From assembly GCA_977020255.1 (NCBI GenBank), contig CDROCS010003758.1:1-64000 (forward strand): a DNA stretch of 64,000 bases. Direction: 5' to 3'. Positions 1 through 13,830 of this stretch are shown piece by piece (the first letter of the stretch is position 1; every line of letters begins with the position of its first letter). This stretch comes from Obrimoposthia wandeli (lineage: Eukaryota). The position numbers were made by a program, and so were the translations under genes. The notes under the pieces are model-generated. The model was not told where the DNA came from. It saw only the letters and a program-made list of their open reading frames with translations, and made no database searches.

Positions 1-2199
1 TCAAATTATTTATGTTCTGTTGATCTTCTCTTTTGAAAAAAATATTTTTTAAAATTTCAAATCAGGTGAAAATAATTTAAAATAATAAAATATTTTTACA
101 AAATTTTAATTACATATTTTTTCTAATAAAACCAAGTGCTTCAGATACGGTAAAATAAAGGCCAATATTGGCAGGACTTAATGATGATATCAAATGTTTT
201 ATCATGAAAAAGTTTTAAAATATTGTTTGACACACATTATAATTTTTTGAAGAGTCTGATTTGGCAATTTATGTCTCCGACTGAAATCTTAAATAGGCGA
301 CGATATAATGACTTTTGTGAAAATGTTTTAATCAGAAGAATGTAAAACCAAAACAGATGTTGTGCGTGCCATTGATCAATGCCGCCTGGAGATTGGAAGA
401 GACAGATGAATTCTTGGTGATTCTAGCAAAGATCTTTGTCGAAAGAAAAAGATTATATTTCTCAATCAATATAGAAGTCAAGTTGATCTCAAACCGCAAG
501 ATCTGAAGACATTCGACTAATTGAAATATAAAAATGAAACGTTATAATATTATGAAAGAGGTAAAACATAGGAAAATTTGTAGCTGTCGCAAATAACTTC
601 CGATAATCCCAGGCGGGGCTGCAAAGCTGCAGATTACACAAAGTAAAAACTATGAAGCAAACTCCGGGTACGTGAAGAATTTTCAAGAGACTTCTTATTC
701 TCAAAATGTGCCAAATATATTTGATAAAAGAAAATCAGATAAAAAACGTCATAGACGAGTTTGGTGGACTTCACCCTTCTGCTACTTAATAATCAATGGT
801 AAATTTAAGGATGAAAGCGAGGGACAGGTTTCGTATGATCTAATAACAGGTTTGCTTGAATTAAATGTGCTAGTGTTTTATCATATGCAGAGTTGAAATA
901 TTCGATTTATAGCATAAACAACTGAAATTTATATATTGATAAAATATATTACAATGATATAGTTTAGAGAATATTGTTCATGAAATAATGAGTGCAAATG
1001 TAAATCGGAATTTATTCATCATTAACAGAATACAGCCGAGACAATGTCAAAGCAAATAGTCGTATCCACTTACATCAAGATATCAAGTGGTGTCAGGATT
1101 TAGATAAATCTGTCAATCTCAACAAGATTAATAAAATCATCCTCACGACTCCGGTTAAATTATTCAGTTCTACATGTTTGTATTTGTGTAAACAACATCT
1201 ACCATAAAAATATTTTTGTCTTGTTGATTTTATCACTATGAAATCAAAAAAATAAACCGGTAAGCCAGATAGTTGAACATTGTCGAAGTGTTAAAATCCA
1301 TTTAATATTCAAATTTTACTACAAAAATACCACATTCTGTAGTTGTATGTCTTTAAACCATGATCTTTAAAAATAACAGTATTGATAGAACCCCAAATAA
1401 ACTTTGAACTGAGGAGAGGCTTATCCTTGGGATTAATAAGTGAAATCTGCAAAAGTTGTTACAGCATTTCCGTTATTTGATATGGAATCATATTCACACG
1501 ATTAAAATGAGATTTTGATTTTGATAAAACAGATATTGTCTCTAAAACTATATTCCCAACCTCGTATAGTTCTTGCAGATAAAGTATTATTTTTATCTTC
1601 TTCTTTAAACAGTCGTCGAGCTTTCTCAAAATCATATGCAATGGAGTATCCAACTATCATTGTCATTTCTTTTGTTAGTAAAGCTTGGATAATTTTCGAG
1701 ATAAAATTCATGCTGCTTCAATTCGTTAAAAGTTTAGGGGACAATTCAATGAATGTGACTGTATATTTTACAGAACTTATATAATTTCAAAATCATCTCA
1801 AACCAGGAACAATGTCAGGTATCTGGTGAAATGAGGGCTGTCGTAATTTATCATAACGTCTGGATAAATATCAGAGCATTTTTATTTGAATTTTTAAAAC
1901 CATTATTGTTGGGTTTCGTGATCCCAGATTTAAGACAGTCGGCACTACTCACCGGGGTCTTGGGACATGACACAAGCCGGAATCTCCTGAGTACATAAAC
2001 CAGGGCCAATTTTGCCTCCATCTGCGCAAACCGCATCCCCACACAGACTCGTGGTCCCATTCCGAATGGCATGAAGGCAAACTGACTCTGTTTCTGCCTT
2101 TTCTCGGGGTCGAATCTGAAATATACGAGCTCAGATACGCGATAATGACCAGGGCTGAGGGTTCAGATTTGTAATGTTAGGCTCAGGAGAAAATAAGTT

Positions 2200-2248
2200 A
2201 TCACGACCGGGAATTGAACCACACATTCTGCCACTGGACAACTGTGGC
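2200..2248 (-). other. Degenerate tRNA-derived (SINE-head-like) fragment
   Basis: A-box-like TTGTCCAGTGG and B-box GGTTCAATTCC, too closely spaced for a complete cloverleaf. Confidence 0.35.
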
Positions 2249-4849
2249 TCGTAATCTCTTCTGATAACCTAACGAAGAATTTGTGAATGGGGATTATGAA
2301 AATGATCATTTGTAAGTATTTGAATTTTATTTGATACTTATCTCAGCAGTATTATGAAAAATTGTGAGTTAAAACTATAGGCATTTATTGTTTTTTAATA
2401 TATAATAATCAAGAAAGAGGTGAGTTTTAAAGTTTTGGATAAATATTTTCTCTTTTTTTATTGAACTGTTTCTTCTTTAGGTGTCATAAAAATTAGAAGT
2501 TCACAATTTGCATAAAAAATATGAAATGAATTCTACATATAAAAGTAATTTCATTATCTGCTAGTTATCAGTATATAAAAAGTTATCGAAAGAAATATTT
2601 ATGTGATAAATTTATAAATGTGTTTAAATATATTAAATTATAGAAACACTAACGTGATTATATGAATAAATACCAAATAAAAATTAATTACCTAAAATAT
2701 TAAATTGTTATTGGTTTAAAATAAACCTTACCAAATTCCTAATGGATTTTAAAATTCACAACACTATTTCAACTAGTGCGCTTAAATTTTTGGATTTAAA
2801 TTATTTCAAGTAAACCAAATCATAAAATTTATTTTATAAAAATTTAATACATATAACTTTTTATTATAAATAAATAGCAGCTAAAACTACATTTTTAATA
2901 TTGCAATATATTATGTTTATCATATACTAAAATTTCACTGAGTTCTTTTATGTCCGTGCGAAACGATTCCTTGTCAGTCAATTTGTTGTTTTATCTTCTT
3001 TTAATTTGTTATCGTAAACTTCAAGTGATTTATGATTCATTTCGGCATGCCGACGCTATTTGCACAGTTTGGAACTGATATTTGATATTTGTAATTTTTT
3101 CGCCCAATACACCGAAACCTAAATTTGTTATAAAATAATTCTCAGAAATGTAGATACCATTTTTGTGCTTTCTTTAAACGCCGCTGACAATCCTTGTAGC
3201 CAATAATGCCTCGAAACTACCTCAATAGCAAACTTTGCACATAATTTTGCAAATTTTAACATTGATAAAAAAGGTTTAAATTGATACTAAATTTGTCGAA
3301 TCAAAAGTGTCATAGTTTAGGAATGTTAAAATACAATTCTAAGCAACGAAAAAGCTCCGGACTTTTGAACCAACGTAATACGTGTAGGTTTATTTATATT
3401 TTATTCTAAAATAAGTTTATTGGTTCAAGTTGGACTCTACTTCGTTTTCTGTTTGGGAGTTTACTATTGTCACCTTTAAGTAGTTAATGTAATTCTATTG
3501 ATTATCGAGGCAGTACCTGTGGATGTCGAAGGTATCGGGATTGGGCCAGAGATCGGGGTCGTGGTGGATGGAGTATACCGGCACCATGACTGATTGGCCA
3601 GGAGTGAACCTCATAGCCCGGCCGGAACTTGTAGTAACCACCGCTTCTGCGGTACAGAGGCGGGCAAACCTCGATGCTGGTGGACAAATTCGCAGTGTCT
3701 CCTGGACTTTCTAGAGATTCTCCAGGTCTTCGTATGTCACCTCTTTCTGGGATGAAGATGAAATTCAGCTTTCGTTAACTCAATGAAACTAATCTACATT
3801 ACTGGACAATTACTATGTAACTCGGGAATTTGCAGTGGAGGTCATCGTAGAGGGTCCTCACACTGACCTGGCGGGATATAACATTATAAGTGATATAACT
3901 ATTGAAAGGAATGACATAAATAAACGAAATTTACACAAAAACAATCGGAAATGTTAAAGCTACGGCTCAAGATCAAAACTCTTAACAAAACAGTTGAGTT
4001 TTCAATTATAGAACATGTATTAAATAAATTAGTCCACATCCCTCCACTACAGAAAACAAAAAGAAATGAGCAAACAAAAATGCAAAAAGATATACAAAGG
4101 GTAACCAACAAAAACAAATTACCCGGGTTTTGGTGCGTCAACGTTGCTGCAGGACCTTAAAAATATCAAAGTTATAGGCTTTAACACAAGAAATACACAA
4201 ATTAGATCAACTGGACCGGTCCTCTTCGGATACAAAAGATAACGGAATTGGCGTAGTACAGTTAGCTTAGTTTAAACATTGTCTTCTTCATCACCTATAT
4301 ACTTTTGTGAACTCTCGAAATTTTTGCAACAATAAACTCTACTAGAAACCAATACGAGCAGGTCATGTTTTAGTTGCTTGATCGTACCTTATAAAACACA
4401 TTTTATAACTTTATATGCAGTCTCATCTATATGTCACATCATTATTTTGTGAATAATTTTTTTACGGAATTTTAAATTTGAGGGTGACTGTGACTCAGAA
4501 AAATCTAAATAAATTGCTAATTTAAACAATCTTTTAACATCAAATAAAGCTAATCAAAAGCAAGATTGCTAGGCCAAAATTAGTCTTATTTACTGAGAAA
4601 CCTTCAACAAATTGATGATCATAGAAAACCTATTATTTTTTCGAACAAATGACAATCATTTACATTCCAGAATATCACTTGGCAGTATTGCAGTGGAAAG
4701 CCCAAATGACCGCCATCGTGGGGAGACATGGCCAGTGCCTGCTCAATAGGAATTTTGGGTGTGTCGATGAAAAACTAGAGCCAGTTTATCTGATTGTTTT
4801 AGTAAAAAGAAAACCAAAATCTTAAAATCGAAATTATTTTCAGGCTTGT

Positions 4850-5340
4850 AGACGCGCAAATCCTAATCTCAGATCATCAGTATTGACTTATCCTGCTTCC
4901 TCACTTTGAATTGATATAATTGCTAAACCAATCAATCTATCTTGGCTCATCGCTGACCTTAAATACGATTTCATAAGTTTTAATTTAGAAACAATTCTTT
5001 CACCACTCGCAACAGTCACATGCATTTTGAAAAAGATTCTTAAAGCAATACAGATGTTAGGAAATAATTCCATCAAGTTAGTTTCACAAATGTATTACAA
5101 GGTTTCTAGTGGCCCAAATGTTTCTTGAACTCCGTATGTTAAAGATTTCCTTTCGTAGAATAGCTCGTTTCCATTTATGTCCCTGGATTCTCCTCTGTCA
5201 GATATTTTCCCAATTCATCACAATGCGATTTCGACCAATCTTTATCAACTTTTGAAATTGTGAAAAATAATTCAAATGGCTCCAATGTTTCCTTAACTGA
5301 AAAAAATCATTCATATATCGTTTCAATGCAAGTTGCAGCA
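4850..5340 (-). mobile_element. hAT transposase C-terminal relic in a CYP intron (copy 2 about 42570-43065)
   Basis: DINGNELFYE...PLETL*YICETNLMELFPNICIALRIF...VTVASGERIVSKLKLMKSYLRSAMSQDRL.GLAIISI. Confidence 0.88.
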
Positions 5341-8300
5341 GATTATGTTATCTTTGATTTTTCATCTTGTACTACATTTTTGTTTTATCGATTAAAAGTA
5401 TTGACTTTAAAAGTTACAATTTTTTCTTAAATAAATAAATCTTACATAAATTAATTTAAATTTCAAAATAATTCCAAATCATTAATTTTATTAACTTTAG
5501 TTTTATTTATTACAAAAGGTGTATGACGTATTTATTAATATAACCTACACATCATCAAAGAAAATAATTCTTTCAAATCCAGTATTTTTTGAAATTTTGA
5601 CTATTTAAGAGCATTCAAATAAAATTAATTTGATCTTTTATTTCAAAATTTCTCAGTTTTTGCAGTTATTTAGCAGATTTGAATGTTACAAATGATGGGT
5701 TTTATATATTTACCTTTTTAATATATTATTTTAATATTTAGAGGTGCTCATTTGAGACTATTTCCTTGGTAATCTTTCAGTAAATATTTTATAAAATTCA
5801 TTGGATATATTTAGTTTGCCTTATCATAAATAATTTACATGCTCAACTTCAGGAAATCTATGATAAAAATCTGTGACTCCATATCAATACATGCTTCATA
5901 GTGGTTTAGAATGATTTTTATCCCATTGATTTTGACGTTGTTGGTACTTACCTGAAATTGAAGTTTGTGTCTTTGTGTTCTGATATTTTAATACCGATTC
6001 TAACACTAAATTCCTCAACAACAAAAATAAACATATGAAAGAATTTGCTAATCTTCAAAATATCTCTGATGATCTGAGTTTCCAAAATAAGCAGAAGAGA
6101 ATGATTCTCTATTTAGGTATCGTTTTTGTTTCATTTGAAAAAGTAATTTGAAATTTTGAGTATTATATGAAGATGGATTAAATAAGTAATAGTAACAAGA
6201 CAACAAATTATAAGTAAAAGTCGACAAATGTAACACTCAACAAGTAGAAGAATTTGCCTAATGAAATGAACAATTTATTTAACAATTAAAATTCAATAAA
6301 AATATTATGTTAATGCTAACTGATAAAAACACTTAAAATATTAGAAAAAAAGTCACGATTACCGCTCTCTGCGGAAGATTGGAGATAGTTTTATGCGTGT
6401 TGTGCAGAAAAGACACCGAAGAATTCAGGAGTTCCCAATGGAAGTTAGGGGAAACATAATCTGACATTAACGGTTTTACATCTCGACTTTGCAAAGATTA
6501 AATACGGCTTGTTGAGATGTTTGTGATGATCATTTAATGATTTTTTTTTAAGATGAGCCTATCCAAAATTATTCGACTTCGAAAGGCAAATAATTAGTGA
6601 TTTTAATGAAGAAAATCAATAATTAACTTTTTTTATTAAACTATGTGATATATGTATTGATCCACTATTTTATTTAGCAGTAACAAATGTATTATTTAAC
6701 ATTACTTTAATGTTATTTAAAAAATTGTATATGCAGATAAAAATGAATTAATCACTTATATTAATTAACTTTATTCCAATATTGTTATTTTAAGAATATT
6801 GAATATTTTATATATAGTTAATTATATTTTATTACATTTTATTTATAAATTTAGTTTATGTATTTTTTTTTATTTGGCTTCAAGACATTTTTAATTTTTA
6901 TATATTTATTGTTAATTAGTTTGTAAGAAAGTTATTGCTCAAAAGATTTAACTTATTTCAAAACCCAAAAGTATTCTGCTAAAAACATATTGCATTCGAA
7001 GAAGGGTTGATACAACACAGTTGTATATGTGTTTTCTACAATTTTTCCTGAGATGGTAGTATAGGCAAAATTATTTCCATTTTTTGTTTGAAGACTTGCG
7101 ATAGTCCACTAAACATCTGAACGTGAATGAAAGTCCTTCAGATTGAACATGTAGGTTTGTCAAACTGACATTCGTTAAATTATAGTATGGAAGTGTTGTT
7201 TAGAAAAGTGTAGAGCAGTATACACACATTTTACCACTACATCACAACTATCATGATAATTATGATTCCCAATACCAGTAGCTAGCTAAGTTGTGCTGAC
7301 CTTGTTGCCGACAATGGAGACAATCTCTCTGTAGACCTCCTCCTGGGTGGCTGGGTTCATGGCCAAGTAGTAGGAACAGAACGTCAGTGCCGATGCAGTT
7401 GTCTCAAATCCTGCTAAAAGGAACACAATAGACTGGGCCATCATTTCCTCCTCAGTGAGACCTTTGTACTGTTCCCCAGAGCTTTTGTCCGCTTCTGTCG
7501 TGCTTTGTTTCGAATCGACGAGTTCCTTGTTGGCCTTCAGCATGATTGCTAAAAAGTCGTGGTGATCCTGCATGTTACATTGTATACTGGCCACTATACA
7601 GTCTTGTTTCATAAATGCGCAACCTTTCCCCGTATAGAACAGTAGGATTTTCCAAGGCTCTTCCTATTGGATGGATGAATATTTGTTTAGATTTATATCC
7701 TTAGCTGATATATAGCCTTCTGAGAAATTTTTTCTTCTTGAAAATTTTAATTGACTTATAAACCTCTACTGCAGGGTATGAAATGTAAGTAAACCTTAAT
7801 TTATTAAAATAGATTATGAAAAAATATACAGAAAATAGAACAATTGAAAATGAATTGAATTTAAAACTAATAAAAATTGTTTACTCAAAGCGTATAACTT
7901 GAAAAATAAAATGATTTAACTATGTATCTATGTAAAAATGACCTATTACAGCATTAGTAAAAATATTTTGTTATTTGGAATTAATCATCACATTTCAATA
8001 GTTTTGATTCTAATATTTTAAAATCTGATTAATTTGCAACAAAATATATTTATTATATTCTATACAGCGAGGGCTAATTTAATAAACATCGATAATTGTT
8101 GACCAAATAAATTACATCTGAGGTTTGTTTTCGCATATCAATGGCTTTAATCAGAGACTTTTCGAAAAATTTCATCGATTCAGCAGAGATCAAGCCATAC
8201 GGGAAAAATTTCTCCATTACTGTTCCCATAAAAGGAAACATATCTGAAATTAGAGTGATACATTTTTAAAGGGTATTAAATATACTTACTGATGAAAAAT

Positions 8301-8689
8301 AGAAAAACATTCGATATACTAAAGTTGAAGAGTTTGTTGGCGTTTGTTATGAATGGATGGGTTTTATTTTTAAACACATCGAGATCAATTCCAAACATGG
8401 TCTTGGCAATCACGTCCATTGTCAGAGACTGATAGATTCTACAATGAGCGGTTCAACATTTACATTAAGATTTATAAGAAAATATCTTATTCCATAATTG
8501 TTCATTATTTATGAGGCCGTTAAATTAAACTGCGACATCTTTAGAAAATGTTCAAAGGATTTTTTTAAAAACGAAATAAAACCATATTGTAATCTACTAC
8601 ATTTATTTTTTCTATTTTTAATATTTAAACGACTCTTTTAAAATATGAATTATTCGATAGAAGAATTAAAGTCGTGTTGTGTGGTTATC

Positions 8690-9020
8690 AATACATGGAT
8701 GTTTCAAAAGAACTGGACATGGACGCACAAATTAACAGGAAACATTATGTGGACTATTTAAAAACGGGCACAGTAAAAGCTCGCTATAAAAGTGGAAAAC
8801 CAAAACTAATTGATTAAACATTTGAGAGAAGGATAATTCTTACTATTTAGTAAAAGAAACCATTTCGAGCCAGTGTGAGATGGAGAATAAATATTTATGC
8901 ATCAGCAACATCTATTAATTAGATTCAAGACAACTTTCTTCAACTCTCCCAATGGCATCCTCTGAAATCTAATATAAACATGGTAGAAAATATGTGGAGG
9001 TGGCTGAAGGTAAATGTTCT
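8690..9020 (+). mobile_element. Short Tc1-like relic (copy 2 about 46414-46744)
   Basis: QWHPLKSNINMVENMWRWLK resembles WPxxSPDLNPIENxW. Confidence 0.55.
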
Positions 9021-10039
9021 AAGTGAGATGAACTTGGGATAGTAATTAAAATATAATGGTACAAAATTTCACAAGTTATTATTTTAGTACTAAATATTAA
9101 AACATATTATTTTAAATATGTTTGTAATTTGAATACTAAAAAATGTGTACAATCTTCGAAAAAAGATAACTTTTGTCCGAAGCAAAGATTTGACTACATG
9201 GATTGTAAAATAAACGAATAAACATTACTTAAATAAAATTATTTGATTAATGGATTGTCAGTTTATAGTATGTTTTCAACCAAACATTTATCAATATAAT
9301 CATGTTTAGTTCATTTTCAGAAAGAAGTCCAAAGGTTTGGCCATTAACTGCATTCTGAAATTTAGTTTTATTAATGTTAAAAATTAAAAAAAACTTATTT
9401 ATTAATATAACCTATATACATAATATAGATTTTTTTTTCAAAAATTAGTTTTGTTTAAAATTTTGATTAAAAATATTTTTTATCAACATTTCTCAGCTTT
9501 TACAGGTAGTACCAGATATAAATGATAAAAATGATGTATTATAAGCTTTGTTTAAAATTGAATATTTTATTATTATCCACAATTTTGAGCACAGTTCATT
9601 TTGTAGTCATTTTGTATATTTGTAAATACCTAGCATTACTTATTCGTATTGTTTAATTAAATTTTTTAATCTAAATATAGTTTCTTGAATTTGTTAAAAA
9701 GTTAGTTTAGCGGTTCGGTTACTTTTAGGTCACTCTATATTATGCACATGTTTGTTTTATCTTAGTTTTTATTTTGTAAACAATGCAAAGTCCAAATGAT
9801 ACGTTACAACAAAATCATTTCTTCTAATTATATTAAGAAAATTGTCTTTAAAATATGAAAACACACAAGGGAGCCAATATTTAATGAGTTTATTTTAATA
9901 ATAACATCTTACAACTAAAAAAGTGAACCCATTTATAAATGTACTAAACAAAAAATGATTTTGTTTTATATAATGTTCGTTTATTATTTGTAAAGTGTGC
10001 AAATTAAGGTGTAATTTGATTTAATATTTAACCATTTTG

Positions 10040-10900
10040 ATGTAGGTATTATTTTTTTATTTGAGATTTTTGAAATTAATACCAAAAAATAAAGATATGG
10101 GAAAAATATGTACTGTAAAACCTTTTATGATGGAAAATATACCAATATCTCGGAAAATAGCAGAATATGGTGGTTCAATGGAAAGAAAGTTAAGAAGTGG
10201 GAAACCAATACGTATCGCCACGAAAGGAACTGTACGTAGAGTATCAATATTGCTAAATAACACCAGTGGTGTCTCATAAAAATCTGTGGCTACAAACGTA
10301 ATTGCACCCAACAACGTGTTTCTAGAATAATAAAGAAACCTAGTAATATTAAATGTCTAAGAAAGAAAATTAAACCAAAACGAACGTCTAAGCAAATGAA
10401 AGCATTGCGACTAAAGTACAGAAGGCTGTACAACAAATACAAAAAGTGTACATTATCTGGGAAAAGTATATATTACTACAGACGAACCAAATAATTCTCC
10501 ATATTTTTTAAAATTTAGTTTTGCATCAAAATATGAACGTGAAGTTTTAGTTTGGATTGCTATTTCAAAACTTGGTATGCTAGACCATATTTTGCAACTA
10601 AATGTTAAAATATTAATCAGTATATATATTTGGGAAAATTTATTAAAGATATATTAATTCCTTTTATTAATCAGCGCCAAGAATATTCTGGTCAGATCTG
10701 GCAAGCTCCCATTATGCCGAAAAATGTAGTTGAATACCTAAATAAAAATTGTATTCAATTTGTCTCGAAATCTGAAAATCCCGCTAACACCCCCGAAAGT
10801 GGTCCAATAAAGAATTTCTGTGTTGATTTGAAGTGCATTATATGAATTCATTATAGTACTAAAACTATAACTTTTAGTTTTGTCCATTTTTTTAACTTTC
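10040..10900 (+). mobile_element. IS630-Tc1-mariner transposase relic in a CYP intron (copy 2 about 47763-48623)
   Basis: RKLRSGKPIRIAT (HTH linker-like) and ENPANTPESGPIKNFCVDLK (degenerate PxxxPxxxPIE motif); multiple stops. Confidence 0.65.
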
Positions 10901-13419
10901 AAAAGTTATGTAAAAAAGTTACAGCAATTTATTTATAATATCAACATTAAGAAAAGTTTGGATTGAAATTATGTTCCAAAGCAGTTTTATAAAAATTATT
11001 ATGAATTTTAGCGAAACTTGAGATGATCTTACTCTTTGACATTCGTGTCCTGGTTGATGAATTCCGCAAACCGCTTCTCCATATTATCGATACTTGCCAA
11101 AAGCATAGGAGACATCTGAACAGGGTCAACGTCAATGTTTTTAAGATCTGCACACAAGTTTGTGCAACACGCGTGTTTTAGTATGATTGTATGTAACAAT
11201 TAAAATATCGAATTCCAATATGTACGAAATTATTTAAAAATATACTATAAGTAGAAAGCATACAAATTTAAAAGCCACTTTTCATTTTTTTATGATGACA
11301 ATAATTTATCGATTTAGGAATTTCTATTTTGTGGCATTGTTACATTCATTGTTTAAACATAGACGAAATTCCCTAGCATATCGCTTCTCTGTTAATGCTA
11401 TTTACGGGTAAAACATTTCACCATGCGCATCACTTAAATCACCTAAAGTTTCTGGAATAAAATCTGAATGAGAATAAAAGAAAACGAGATTTTAATGACA
11501 TTCATCAACCGAGATTATCTCTACAAATTGCTTCATCAATGTCAGAAAAAACTTTAAAAAATTATTCAACTTAAAATCTATTCGTGGGGAAGAATTTCAG
11601 GGGTGTGTTTGAAAGCAGAGAAAAAATTGAATTCAGATTCTTTTATTATCATTAATTAACATGAAAAGTAAAATTTTGTTATAAAAACGTTTTCATCAAT
11701 ATATTGTGGAAATAGAGACGCTACCAAGTGCGATAGATATCCAGTATGTCGACCGATTATTTCTGGAGTTTAAAACAAGATCTTTGCTAACCAACTACAA
11801 CAACTATTAACAAAATTATTCATTAAAATGTGTGTATATTTGACGAGAGAAGTAGGTGTAATGCAGATTTAATAGTGGTTTTATTCGAATCAGCACAACG
11901 ATAGGTTTGTTTTGTCCAGTGAAAATATAATAAATATGAATTTATAGTTAAGGGGAAAACGAACTTTGTAAAAATCATGGCAGATAAATATTGAACAAAT
12001 TTCAGTTACTTACAAATTGCAAATTCATAATCCCTATTCAAAAATGCTAGTTGGTTCATCGGGATGAATGACGAGCCATTGTTTTTAGGTCATGGAACGA
12101 GTAACAAATTGGAACCAAAAAGACAGACGTCAAACTCTATTCGGAATTTAATTTGTTCCGTTTATAGACCCATTTATCCAGGATGTCGTGTCTAATTCCA
12201 ATTTTTGAAGAAATTGTTTGTCTAAGAAAACAGGTTAAGCCTTAAAAGTAAGATAATTTTTTTCACAAATGGCTTTTTGGACGACTTATTTTCAGGTTTA
12301 ACTTCAAGGACTTCAGAATTCCTTTGGGTAGGAGATCAAGCTAGACTCTGATTCTACTGGTTCTGGCATATCCTCACCACAAATCCTAAACAAAGTCCCT
12401 CGTAAATCCCTGTTGTACACATCCCATTCTGGTATACTCGTGCTCCTAACGAGCTCCCTCGGCTACAACTATTTATTTCCCAACGGGAAGACCTCTAAAA
12501 AAATATAAAAGTAAACATTTTAAAATTTTATATAAAAGCAAAACAGAATTACAATTATACAAAGAAGATAATTTAATATTATTTCTAATACCTTTTTAAG
12601 TTTTCCAGATGTAAATGTGGGAGTCACGAGAGTTCTGACTCTTTGCCAGTCCTTTCCCTTTAGTCTCAACAGATTCTTCTTGCCAAGTTTTGAGTTTGCT
12701 GGTAAATTCTGCAAGAAAATTATAAGCAGTTCTGTTTATAAGATTATATTATTATATATATTTTACTGAAAACCAATGATATCAATAGATCTTGGAAAAA
12801 TTATTCAGTTTATTTTATAGAAGAATTTATTTTAAAATATACAAAATGATTTTGTTTAACGGTTTATTATTTTCTCTATTTAAGTCTAAATGTTGTATTG
12901 AAAAAAAAATTATAAAAAATTATAAAAACAAATAAAGTTATTGTGGATTTAAAAACTTAAATTTCGGCGAATTTTTACAAGATGAATTTAAAACTCACTA
13001 ATTAAACATTTTACATTATTTAATAAATCTTATTTATAATTTTTTTGTATCACCGTTGATTTTCCTTATCACACTTCATTTTGAAGTTAATGTGCGGATT
13101 CCTATAGTAAGTATTATTTATTTTACTTAAAATTGCATTAATTTATTATAGGTAATTCAAAACTCTGACGGTTATCACTAGGTGTAGTAATTCTGGGTTA
13201 ATTGATTTTTGAAGGATTGTTTCAAAAGAAAATTAGTTTCTGATTCAATAAAGTATCTTATTTTGCCAAGAAAAAAGCGAAAGAAAGACAATAATAGAAA
13301 TTTCTAAAAAGTTCCAACTAAGTATACTCCAAATATATAAAATTAAATCAAAACTGAAAGACAAAGTTTCAGGTCGGAAAAAAACAAAATAATACCAAAA
13401 ATCTTTTTAATTTGAAAGA

Positions 13420-13830
13420 TTGATGACACCATGAATGGTAAGAAAAATTTACTTATGATCGACTTAGAAATTTTTACCACGTCTTAGCGATACGTTAGGC
13501 CCAACTTACACATACCAGCTGGATAGTGCAAGGCCTCACCTAGTCAAAGAGGTTGTTGATGTCTTTCAAAGGCACCATATTTGTTTACTGAAAAAGGCTT
13601 TCAAATCTCCTGATTTAAATGTCATGGAATATATGTGGAAAATACTTAAAGATCGCGTTTATGATGGACCTGAGTATGTCACAAAAGAAGAACTGTGGAA
13701 TAAAAAGAAAAAAAAGTCAAAATCTTGATCAATGAAAAACCTGATATTTTATCTAATTTAATTCAAAATTTTGACGAAAAGTACTCAAATGTATCTAATT
13801 ATTATTAAATTAGGTTTCAATAAAATTATA
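13420..13830 (+). mobile_element. Tc1-like DDE transposase relic (copy 2 about 51155-51565)
   Basis: QLDSARPH...KSPDLNVMEYMWKILKDRVY...TKEELW. Confidence 0.8.

Noticed and set aside
1459-1784. Overlapping short ORFs in the last CYP intron
   Set aside because: No P450 motifs. ARTIRGW...F..N...SKSH looks at most like a frameshifted transposase N-terminal remnant; not supportable as a gene.
2200-2248. tRNA gene
   Set aside because: A and B boxes are too close; no anticodon arm or paired acceptor stem.
3523-3714. Plus-strand 63-aa ORF and minus-strand 61-aa ORF (3502-3687)
   Set aside because: Alternative-frame shadows of GC-rich CYP exon 9.
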